DNA of 64,000 nt. It comes from Saprospiraceae bacterium (GTDB lineage: Bacteria > Bacteroidota > Bacteroidia > Chitinophagales > Saprospiraceae). The position numbers and the translations under genes are program-made. Positions 44,036 to 52,560 of this stretch are shown piece after piece. The notes under the pieces were generated by a model, which was given only the letters and a program-made list of their open reading frames with translations, was not told the origin of the DNA and ran no database searches. The stretch spans positions 10,174-74,173 of the forward strand of contig JAIPBE010000005.1 of NCBI GenBank assembly GCA_021738725.1. The letters run 5' to 3'. The stretch's first letter is position 1, and the number at the start of each line of letters is the position of its first letter.

Positions 44036-44766
44036 GCTCCTTTTTTCTGTTGAATGGCCCTTGCTGTAATCAGCAGAAAGGCCAGAATAACGGATAGAAA
44101 ATAAATGATATCCCGGCTGTCAATCACCCCGCGGCTGGCCGAGGCATAATGATATTCGATGCCCCACTGCTGGATCACATCATCAACTTTACCAACGAAG
44201 ACAGGGATCCGACTGATGTATGAAAAGCCCCAATAAACCATAAAGCACAAGAGGATCCCGAGGAGGAATGCGACAATCTGATTACTTGTCAGGGCCGATG
44301 TGCAAATGCCGATGGTGACAAATACCGCAGCCAGAAGGATCAAGCCCAAAAAGGAACCCAGACTTGCTCCGTAATCGAGGTTGCCGACCGGTGACCCCAA
44401 TTGGATCATAGAGTAGGCATAGATCAATGTCGGCAACAAAGCAATCATGACGAGCACCAACGAGGCCAGGTATTTTCCACCAATGATTTGCGTGGTCGTT
44501 ACAGGGCGGGTGACGACCAGTTCAAACGTGCCTGTTTGCCATTCTTCTGCAAATGCCCGCATGGTCACTGCCGGGATCAGAAACAGGAAAATGATAGGCG
44601 CCAGTTCGAACATTGGGTCCAGGGTGGCATACCCATATTCGAGGACGCTCGTATCCGGAAATACCCAGACCAGCAATCCCAAAAGAAGCAGGAACACTCC
44701 GATCGCAATGTATCCGATCAGGGAAGAAAAGAAAGCCTTGATCTCTTTGAAAAAGATGACAGTCAT
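44032..44766 (-). CDS. gldF: Gliding-motility-associated ABC transporter permease GldF (ABC-2 type)
   Basis: MTVIFFKEIKAFFSSLIGYIAIGVFLLLLGLLVWVF resembles the GldF N-terminus. It has six hydrophobic helices. I prefer ATG 44766 over 44790. Confidence 0.7.
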   Translation of the reverse strand: MTVIFFKEIKAFFSSLIGYIAIGVFLLLLGLLVWVFPDTSVLEYGYATLDPMFELAPIIFLFLIPAVTMRAFAEEWQTGTFELVVTRPVTTTQIIGGKYLASLVLVMIALLPTLIYAYSMIQLGSPVGNLDYGASLGSFLGLILLAAVFVTIGICTSALTSNQIVAFLLGILLCFMVYWGFSYISRIPVFVGKVDDVIQQWGIEYHYASASRGVIDSRDIIYFLSVILAFLLITARAIQQKKGA

Positions 44767-44767
44767 A

Positions 44768-45394
44768 TCAATCTTGTTTTGTCGGGGCATCCCGTTCGGC
44801 GAAGATCCGGTTATAGGTTCGAATGCCTTTGATCAAATCACTTTCCCGCATATTCGACCGCTCATCGGAACCCGTCCAGTCGGCATAGTTCGCTGTGGTC
44901 AGGAGCTCGTGTTCATTCGTCTTCGGATTCCACATCATCAATTGCTCGGTGGACGTCCTACGTTTTACTGAGGTTTCAATAAAAGGATGTCCATTCACGG
45001 GATTGTAAGCTCGTATAGGTATTTGGATGGGGTACTGTCGTTGGATCCGGTAGACACAAATAGCACCACATTCCAACAGGGGTGCATAGTACAGGACAGA
45101 AGAATCTGTTCGCACCGGATCGAGCAGATAACAGGATCCTTCCAAACAGATGACCAACGGACGAACCAGCGTTCCTGAATCTCTCAAGTGAAACGTCCCG
45201 CGGAGATACTGATCTTCTTCACCGATATACCATTCTCCTTCTGCATCTTCCCAGGAGATCTCGGGTTGTTGGTATGCCAGAGATCGGGGCTGGAGATAAA
45301 ATCCTTCCGGTGGTATGATTCCGGATCGGGATTGTGCTGGAAGGAGGGCCAAGCCAATCCAGAAGCAAACAAGTAAGAGGAAGTAGTCTTTCAC
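44768..45394 (-). CDS. Hypothetical secreted protein inserted between gldA and gldF
   Basis: The signal peptide is MKDYFLLLVCFWIGLALLPAQS. Its GTG start overlaps the gldA stop (TAGTG). Its stop is 1 nt from the gldF ATG. I recognise no family. Confidence 0.6.
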   Translation of the reverse strand: MKDYFLLLVCFWIGLALLPAQSRSGIIPPEGFYLQPRSLAYQQPEISWEDAEGEWYIGEEDQYLRGTFHLRDSGTLVRPLVICLEGSCYLLDPVRTDSSVLYYAPLLECGAICVYRIQRQYPIQIPIRAYNPVNGHPFIETSVKRRTSTEQLMMWNPKTNEHELLTTANYADWTGSDERSNMRESDLIKGIRTYNRIFAERDAPTKQD

Positions 45395-46308
45395 TATTGG
45401 TCCTTTGTAAGTTCCTGGAAAACATCTTCTACCCCACGGGGTTCCACATGTAATTCAGTCAGGGTCCAACCCTGGGCGGCAGCGACCTTGAATATTTCTG
45501 CATTGACTCCATCATCTCCCTGGATATCCAGGTGAAATAACTTGCCCCCTTCTCTTCGATCGACACGCTGAACCCCTTTGATGGCGGAAAACGCCTTCCC
45601 ATCCACGGCTTCACGGCTTCTGACTACCACCCTGCTCGATCCAGACAATTGTTGTTGCAATTCAGCGACAGGCCCATCAGCTACCAGGCGTCCCTTATGG
45701 ATGATCAGCATCCGATCGCATAAGGCAGCTACTTCCTGCATAATATGCGTCGAAAAGAGAATGGTCTTATTTTTTCCCAATTCACGGATCAAATTTCTGA
45801 TGTCGATCAACTGATTGGGATCCAATCCGGAGGTGGGTTCATCCAGTAATAGTACGGCCGGATCGTGCATCAGCGCTTGCGCAAGCCCTACACGCTGACG
45901 GTAGCCTTTGGACAACTGTCCGATCTTTTTGTGACTCTCCTGCCCCAGGCCTACCATATCGATCATTTCTGAAACCCGTTTCCTCGGTTTGTCGATCTGG
46001 TAGAAACCGGCCACCCATTCGAGGTATTCCCGAATGTACATATCCGTATACAAGGGATTGTTCTCAGGCAGGTATCCAATCTGACGACGAGCATTCAACC
46101 CGTCTTCCACTACGTCATACCCAGCCACTGTCGCCCTTCCACCATCCGGTTGCAAATAGCCTGTCAGCATCTTCATGGTCGTGGACTTTCCAGCACCATT
46201 CGGACCGAGAAATCCGAGGATCTGACCATCTTCGGCACGAAAGGAAATGGCATCTACTGCCCGTTGGCTTCCGAATGTTTTTGTCAGTTGTTCGACCAGA
46301 ACGGCCAT
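45394..46308 (-). CDS. gldA: Gliding-motility-associated ABC transporter ATP-binding protein GldA
   Basis: Walker A GPNGAGKSTT, signature LSKGYRQRVGLAQAL and Walker B LLLDEPTSGLD. It is 304 aa and sits upstream of gldF/gldG. Confidence 0.75.
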   Translation of the reverse strand: MAVLVEQLTKTFGSQRAVDAISFRAEDGQILGFLGPNGAGKSTTMKMLTGYLQPDGGRATVAGYDVVEDGLNARRQIGYLPENNPLYTDMYIREYLEWVAGFYQIDKPRKRVSEMIDMVGLGQESHKKIGQLSKGYRQRVGLAQALMHDPAVLLLDEPTSGLDPNQLIDIRNLIRELGKNKTILFSTHIMQEVAALCDRMLIIHKGRLVADGPVAELQQQLSGSSRVVVRSREAVDGKAFSAIKGVQRVDRREGGKLFHLDIQGDDGVNAEIFKVAAAQGWTLTELHVEPRGVEDVFQELTKDQ

Positions 46309-46535
46309 AGATCCATGATTTTAAAATAAACCAGGCAATACTCGTTCATGTTCAGAACCATGGGTAGAGCACCTGGTAGATGATGGAGAGATTCCGGCAC
46401 AAAAGTACATTTCAGAGGATTGCCAACGGGAAGAATTGAAAAGAATGTCGGCGAATCACCACAACCCAAGCAAACTTGAATCTTTTCTGCAGCTCCAGCG
46501 TTGAACGGAGAAGCCAGATCCGGGAGTTAAAATGA

Positions 46536-46571
46536 CCAGCGGCCACCGATTTGTCATCGCTGGCCGCTGGT
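46536..46571 (-). terminator. Stem-loop terminator downstream of the kbp-like gene
   Basis: ACCAGCGGCCA-14 nt-TGGCCGCTGGT is a perfect 11-bp stem 20 nt after the stop at 46592. It is followed on the minus strand by CATTTTAA. Confidence 0.6.
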
Positions 46572-46591
46572 TTATGTTGATTCGGAATAAA

Positions 46592-47089
46592 TCAGTCGTT
46601 CAACGCCGGAATACGAAGTACCTGGCCTGGATAGATGAGGTTCGGGTCCTTCAACATCGGCTTATTCGCCTCAAAAATGACCGGATATTTCATTGCATTC
46701 CCATAATATTCCTTTGCGATCTTGGACAAGGTGTCCCCTTTTTTTACTTCGTAAAATTGTGCCTCCGGTTCGGGATTGACGACGGAGATGCGGTCGTCGA
46801 CCGTCGCGATCCCATCCACATTGCCGATGGCCAGAACAACACGTTCACGATCTGCCTGTGAGTCGGTCTGACCGTATACGATTACGGCATCATCGTTGAC
46901 CTCCATTTCCAGATTCTGAATGGGCAGGTTCAGAGATTCAATGACTCCTCGTAGAGCCATGGATTTCAATTTATTAGCCTGCGTGATCCGATCTGTTGAG
47001 CTGGTCTCCTTTGGCGCTGCAGAGGCGGCTTTGGTCTCTTTACCGAATAATTTGGTACCGGCATGCTTCAAAAAAGAGAATAGTCCCAT
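46592..47089 (-). CDS. kbp: BON-LysM protein, ortholog-like to the E. coli potassium-binding protein Kbp (YgaU)
   Basis: [17 protein letters not shown] corresponds to E. coli [30 protein letters not shown] is the BON region. The LysM region [49 protein letters not shown] is nearly identical to the Kbp C-terminus. The start is taken at ATG 47089, not 47170. Confidence 0.85.
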   Translation of the reverse strand: [165 protein letters not shown]

Positions 47090-47243
47090 AACACATTGCG
47101 ATTTGATGAATTGAATCAGTGAGCGAGCTAAGTTATCAAAAAATGGATGAGGTTGGTCCGATTTATGCAACCCATTGCAAGCTGAATCGTAAACCCTTCA
47201 GACTGCGAACAATAATGGGTGCACATTGTACACATAAATCCCG

Positions 47244-47251
47244 TATATTTG
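47244..47251 (+). promoter_or_regulatory. Bacteroidota -7 box (TAnnTTTG) upstream of secDF
   Basis: TATATTTG lies 40 nt upstream of ATG 47292. Confidence 0.5.
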
Positions 47252-47291
47252 CGCAGTTTTTACAGACATATTAGACAAATTACAATCTGAC

Positions 47292-50200
47292 ATGCAAGGT
47301 AAAGGAATCGTCAAGTTTTTTCTGGTTCTCTTCACAGTTATCGTAGCCATACAGTTTCTGTATATGCTGCCAACAATGAGAGTTGAATCGGACGCCGATG
47401 CTTATGCTCAAAGGGTTGCGGATGCAACAGGAGGAGCTGATACAGAAACGGTCCTCAAGGAGGCCCGCACGGCTTATTTAGATTCAATGTCCGGAGAAAC
47501 GATCGTCTCCATCCCATTGATCAGTGACTTCACTTATGAGGATCTCAAGAGTCGCCAATTGGCACTTGGACTTGATCTGAAAGGTGGCATGAGCGTCATC
47601 CTCCAGGTGGACCTGAAGGATTTCATCAAGTCACTGGCCAACAACAGTGAAGATATCGAATTCAATCAAGCCCTTGACAACGCGTCAAAGCGTTTCAATA
47701 CGGCCCAAACGGATTACGTCACGCTCTTTGGTGAAGAATTCCAGAAGGTAGCCAATGGGAAAAAACTTTCCAATATTTTCATTTTGAACGAGTCCTTTCG
47801 TGATGAGATCAACTTTGAAACACCGGATGGTGAGATCATCCGGATGATCCGTGAAAAAGCCAATGAAACGGTCAAACTGACATACAAGCGTCTGAAAGAC
47901 CGTATCGACAAGACTGGCGTCGTTCAACCCAATGTATCATTGGATGAAAACCGCGACCTGATCATTGTCGAACTGCCAGGATTCGACAACCCCGAACGGG
48001 CGCGCAATCTTTTGCAAGCGACGGCCAAGCTGGAGTTCTATGACGTGTATCGTGTCATGGACAGTGGCATCATGCAAGCCTTGATCGAAGCGGATAAAAA
48101 ACTCCAGAAAGCGGAGACAACGGATACCTCCCTGGTGGCCGACGTCATCGAAATGGATACGACGTATAATTATGTCTATGATTCGACCGGGCAGATCGTT
48201 GACTCTACTATGAACATTGTTGAGGCCGGTAAAAATGGTATAGAAGGAGGCGGGCCATTGATGAGCAATATGACCCTGAACCTATCCTCCGGAGAGGGTC
48301 TCAGCTTCTCACCTGCTGTCATGGGAACAGCTGCACGCAACAAGAAAAAACTGATTGATCAATACCTGAGTCGCTCGGATATCAAAGCACTCTTCCCGCG
48401 TGATCTGGAATTCCGCTGGGCATATAAGGCCTCCCGGGATTACACCACTGGTGCTGAAACTGACCAATATAATCTATATGCCATTCGCAAAAAGCGTGGC
48501 TCGAATGAAGCACCTCTGGAAGGCGATCGCATTACCAATGCTTCTGCCAATCCAGATGCCACTTCCGGCAATGTCGTGGTCAGCCTGGCCATGGATACAC
48601 GTGGTGCCCGCATCTGGGCAGATATGACCACCAAAGCAGCTCAGGATAACAATCGTGAGATTGCCATCCTACTGGATGATGAAGTCGTTTCAGCACCTAG
48701 TGTTCGTCAGCCGATCACAGGTGGCGACAGTCAAATCTCTGGCGACTTTACCATGGCCGAAGCCACTGACCTTGCGAACATCCTCCAGGTGGGTAAACTT
48801 CCCGCACGAACACAGATCATCCAGGAGTCTCTGGTAGGCCCCTCTTTGGGTCAGGACAATATCAATCGAAGTTTGACCTCTGTTGGTTTGGCTTTCGCCC
48901 TGCTCCTCATCTTCATGGTTCTTTATTATGTAGGAGGTGGATTTATTTCGATCATTGCCCTTTTTGCCAACCTGTTTTTTGTGATCGGAGCACTGGCTTC
49001 CTATGGTACGGTACTGACGTTGCCAGGAATTGCTGGTTTGGTATTAACCATGGGTATGGCTGTTGACGCCAACGTGATTATCTATGAACGGATTCGAGAA
49101 GAACTCCGGCATGGCAAGACTCTGGGCATGGCCATCAAAGACGGTTTTCAACAATCGTACAGTGCCATCATTGACGCCAACGTCACCACCATTCTGACCG
49201 CCCTGGTCCTCTCCTATTTTGGATTGGGACCGATCAAAGGATTTGCAGTGGTCTTGATCGTCGGTATCCTATTCACGCTCTTTACAGCTGTCTTACTGAC
49301 ACGATTGATGGTCGAATATTGGGTCGGGAAAGACAGAAACCTGTCTTTTGCATCCAGTTGGTCCAAGAATATCATGACCAACGTCAACATCAATTGGATC
49401 GGACTGCGGAAATATGGTTACATGATATCCAGTGCACTGATCCTGGCGGGAACGGTATCGTTCTTCACCCGAGGATTTGAGTTGGGTGTAGACCTGAAGG
49501 GGGGATACTCTTACAACATCCAGTTTGCTGAAGGCGTAGATGTCACCACAGATGCATTGCGAAAAGAATTCAGCAATCAGTTTGGCGGCAGCCCGGTGGT
49601 GAAAGCTGTCGATACACGAAACACCTTTAATGTCACGACCAGTTATCTGGTAGATGATAATGCTGAAGATGCAGCATCTCGTGTCATGGACAAGCTTTAT
49701 GATGGTGTGAATGTCATCAGTGGAGGCAGCCTCGACAAAGAAGCATTCAAATCGACATCTGGTAATGGGACGCATATTACTTCATCCAGTAAGGTGGGAC
49801 CTACCATTGCCGAGGACATCAAAGACAGTTCCCTGTATTCTGCCTTGTTCGCCTTGTTGCTGATCTTCCTCTATCTGTTCATCCGATTCAACAAATGGCA
49901 GTTCAGTTTGGGTGCGGTGATGGCTCTGTTACATGACGTACTGGCCACCTTGAGTATATTCACACTCTTCCACGGCATTCTGCCCTTCTCGATGGAGGTG
50001 GACCAGGCATTTGTGGCAGCCATCCTGACTGTGATCGGTTATTCGGTCAACGACACTGTTATCGTGTTTGACCGGATCCGGGAATTCCTGGGAACCTATA
50101 CAGGTAAATCCAAGGAAGAGGTGTTCAATCTGGCCATCAACAACACCTTGAGCAGGACCGTTATTACCTCTGGCACCACCCTCCTGGTGGTAATGGCCCT

Positions 50201-50387
50201 GTTCCTGTTCGGAGGTGCATCTATCAAAGGCTTTGCCTTTGCGCTGATCTTCGGAATACTCTTTGGTACGTATTCTTCAGTCTTTATTGCTTCTGCGCTC
50301 GTCGTCGATCTGACCAAGGAACGTGAATTCAAAGGAAAGGAGAAGAAGAAAAAGGGATTCAGTCGCGCAGCTGATGCCGTGAAATAG
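47292..50387 (+). CDS. secDF: Protein translocase subunit SecDF (fused SecD-SecF)
   Basis: It is 1031 aa. The SecD region reads LGLDLKGG and LGPSLGQDNI, followed by a 6-TM block. The SecF region reads LGVDLKGG, followed by a second 6-TM block. The fused form is typical of Bacteroidota. Confidence 0.95.
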   Translation: MQGKGIVKFFLVLFTVIVAIQFLYMLPTMRVESDADAYAQRVADATGGADTETVLKEARTAYLDSMSGETIVSIPLISDFTYEDLKSRQLALGLDLKGGMSVILQVDLKDFIKSLANNSEDIEFNQALDNASKRFNTAQTDYVTLFGEEFQKVANGKKLSNIFILNESFRDEINFETPDGEIIRMIREKANETVKLTYKRLKDRIDKTGVVQPNVSLDENRDLIIVELPGFDNPERARNLLQATAKLEFYDVYRVMDSGIMQALIEADKKLQKAETTDTSLVADVIEMDTTYNYVYDSTGQIVDSTMNIVEAGKNGIEGGGPLMSNMTLNLSSGEGLSFSPAVMGTAARNKKKLIDQYLSRSDIKALFPRDLEFRWAYKASRDYTTGAETDQYNLYAIRKKRGSNEAPLEGDRITNASANPDATSGNVVVSLAMDTRGARIWADMTTKAAQDNNREIAILLDDEVVSAPSVRQPITGGDSQISGDFTMAEATDLANILQVGKLPARTQIIQESLVGPSLGQDNINRSLTSVGLAFALLLIFMVLYYVGGGFISIIALFANLFFVIGALASYGTVLTLPGIAGLVLTMGMAVDANVIIYERIREELRHGKTLGMAIKDGFQQSYSAIIDANVTTILTALVLSYFGLGPIKGFAVVLIVGILFTLFTAVLLTRLMVEYWVGKDRNLSFASSWSKNIMTNVNINWIGLRKYGYMISSALILAGTVSFFTRGFELGVDLKGGYSYNIQFAEGVDVTTDALRKEFSNQFGGSPVVKAVDTRNTFNVTTSYLVDDNAEDAASRVMDKLYDGVNVISGGSLDKEAFKSTSGNGTHITSSSKVGPTIAEDIKDSSLYSALFALLLIFLYLFIRFNKWQFSLGAVMALLHDVLATLSIFTLFHGILPFSMEVDQAFVAAILTVIGYSVNDTVIVFDRIREFLGTYTGKSKEEVFNLAINNTLSRTVITSGTTLLVVMALFLFGGASIKGFAFALIFGILFGTYSSVFIASALVVDLTKEREFKGKEKKKKGFSRAADAVK

Positions 50388-50452
50388 ATACACCAAACCG
50401 GCTGGCACGGCTTTTGCTTTTTGCTACATGGTTTTGGTTAAAGATTTGATTG

Positions 50453-50486
50453 AAAGGAGTCGTTACAACAACGGCTCCTTTTTTTA
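50453..50486 (+). terminator. Rho-independent terminator after secDF
   Basis: AAAGGAGTCG-ttacaacaa-CGGCTCCTTTTTTTA forms a 7-bp stem (one G-U pair) plus a T-run. Confidence 0.75.
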
Positions 50487-50552
50487 TGTTTTAGCCATGT
50501 CTGTACATTCGACCCTCTGTACATAGTGGAGAAATCGCCTATCTTTCCCATC

Positions 50553-52547
50553 ATGGTGACCATTAGATCTCTATCCAGGATCATGCTGATCCTTTTTTGC
50601 CTGGCCGGAATGGATTCCTGTTCCTATACCATCAAAGTTCGTGACGGTGATACAGCGTACGAACGAAAGCAATATGCCAAGGCAATCCCCTACTTTACTA
50701 AAGACTATTCCCGGGAAAAATCAAGGGTGCAACGCGGTCGGATCGCATTGAAACTGGGTACAACCTACCAACGTCTCAATGACCCGGCATCAGCATTGCA
50801 ATGGTACCGTATTGCCTGGGACAATCAGGCCGGGATCGAGGCATTGAAGGGATATGCATACACCTTGAAAATGTTGGAGCGCTATCCGGAAGCCAGTGAA
50901 GCTTTTGTCCAACTGGGTGAAGAAATAGGTAGCACCTATGAATATCGACGGGAAATCGAAGCCTGCCGCCTCGCCGGTATATGGCTCGCCGATACAGCCA
51001 ATCGACCCTATACGGTTATGGGTTCCAACCTGAACAGCCGATATGGCGATTATGCCCTGGTACCGACGCGTAATCATGCTTTGTTCTTTACCTCAGAACG
51101 CCCTTCTCCTCAGTCGGAGGATGTATATGTCTGGACGGGAAAACCTTATGCGGATATTCTGATCGCAGATGAAGGCAGGAATGCATTCCCCGACAACTTT
51201 CTAGAAAAGATCAACACCAAAGCACATGAATCGAATCTTGTCATGACCCAGGACCTCAACACCCTGTTTTTTACCCGATGTGGTGGTTTTGACAAATCAG
51301 AAGATCAGTATTGCCGGATCATGACCAGCAATCGGACCGACGATGGGTGGACGGATCCGATCCCATTGCCGTTTTGTTCCGGTAATGTCAATTTTGGACA
51401 TGCCATTCCATTCAACAATGGCCAATCCCTTCTATTCGCCAGTGATGATCCCTTTAGTTTCGGAGGATTCGATCTCTATCAAAGTACACGTACCTCTGAC
51501 GGTTGGAGTGAACCGGCTATTCTCCCTCCCAACATCAATACCCAGGGAGATGAAATGTATCCGTATCTGGATGCCGATACCCTCTATTTCGCCTCCGACT
51601 ATCACCCCGGGATGGGTGGTCTGGATATTTTCAGCACCACGCGGCTCGGACCACGATCCTGGTCTTCACCTGTGAATATGAAAGCACCGATAAACTCAGG
51701 AGCAGACGATTTCGGATTGGTATGGGTGGGACATTCAGAAACCGAACAGGCGCTTCGTACTGGTTACTTATCCAGCAGCCGGCCTGGTGGCCAGGGAGGC
51801 GATGACATTTACCTGGTCAAAGAGAGAGTGGTAGAAAAGCCGGCACCACCAACTGTAGAAGAGGTGAAAGACTATACCTGGCAACTGGATCTGCATTCCC
51901 TCGCTAAAATATACACCATCCCGGAGGACCCGAACAGTCCTGTACTTGGACGGCGATATCTGGATGGTGCTCAGGTTTCGATCAGTGGTGGAATGGATAC
52001 CACATTCACAAGTCCCAAAGACGGCCCGGCGATCCTGACGGTCAGCCCTGGAAAGCAGTATACCATCCGTGTTTCGGCGACTGGATACCTTAAATCGGAG
52101 AAGATCTTTTCTACTGAAGATCTTATGCCGGACCCCAATAACCCGCATCAGGTGATTGCCCTGGAGGTCGTGCTCGATCAAAAATTTGTTGATCGGGAGA
52201 TCGTCCTGGAGAACATTTATTACGATTTTGACCGCTGGGATATTCGATCAGATGCGCAACCGGCTTTACTGCGGCTGGCATCTGTGCTCCAGACAAATCC
52301 GGATATCCTCATCGAATTAGCTTCGCATACTGATTGTCGAGGTGGCACCCTCTACAACCAGGAACTCTCCCAAAGGAGGGCACAATCTGCTGTTGACTTT
52401 CTGATCAGCAGAGGGATCGATCCCAACAGATTACGTGCGCGGGGTTATGGCGAAAGCAAGCCTTCTGCCGACTGTGCATGTTCTCGATGTACAGAAGACG
52501 AGCATCAGGAAAATCGTCGAACGACATTCCGGATCCTCCAGGATTAA
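50553..52547 (+). CDS. OmpA-family lipoprotein with N-terminal TPR-like and TolB-like (PD40) repeats
   Basis: The C-terminal OmpA domain is IYYDFDRWDIRSDAQPALLRLA...ELASHTDCRGGTLYNQELSQRRAQSAVDFL...RGYGESKP. PD40-like motifs are DEMYPYLDADTLYFASD and SLLFASD. The lipoprotein-type signal is MVTIRSLSRIMLILFCLAGMDSC. Confidence 0.85.
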   Translation: MVTIRSLSRIMLILFCLAGMDSCSYTIKVRDGDTAYERKQYAKAIPYFTKDYSREKSRVQRGRIALKLGTTYQRLNDPASALQWYRIAWDNQAGIEALKGYAYTLKMLERYPEASEAFVQLGEEIGSTYEYRREIEACRLAGIWLADTANRPYTVMGSNLNSRYGDYALVPTRNHALFFTSERPSPQSEDVYVWTGKPYADILIADEGRNAFPDNFLEKINTKAHESNLVMTQDLNTLFFTRCGGFDKSEDQYCRIMTSNRTDDGWTDPIPLPFCSGNVNFGHAIPFNNGQSLLFASDDPFSFGGFDLYQSTRTSDGWSEPAILPPNINTQGDEMYPYLDADTLYFASDYHPGMGGLDIFSTTRLGPRSWSSPVNMKAPINSGADDFGLVWVGHSETEQALRTGYLSSSRPGGQGGDDIYLVKERVVEKPAPPTVEEVKDYTWQLDLHSLAKIYTIPEDPNSPVLGRRYLDGAQVSISGGMDTTFTSPKDGPAILTVSPGKQYTIRVSATGYLKSEKIFSTEDLMPDPNNPHQVIALEVVLDQKFVDREIVLENIYYDFDRWDIRSDAQPALLRLASVLQTNPDILIELASHTDCRGGTLYNQELSQRRAQSAVDFLISRGIDPNRLRARGYGESKPSADCACSRCTEDEHQENRRTTFRILQD

Positions 52548-52560
52548 CATCCTGGATACA

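Noticed and set aside
46309-46591. A 283-nt gap upstream of gldA, including a 61-aa ORF (46284-46469). I considered it as a possible small gene, riboswitch or ncRNA.
   Set aside because: The small ORF overlaps the gldA start and has no signal, motif or plausible start context. I could not identify a conserved riboswitch-like structure or a TAnnTTTG box by eye. Apart from the kbp terminator hairpin, I leave the region unannotated as a probable 5-prime UTR/promoter region.
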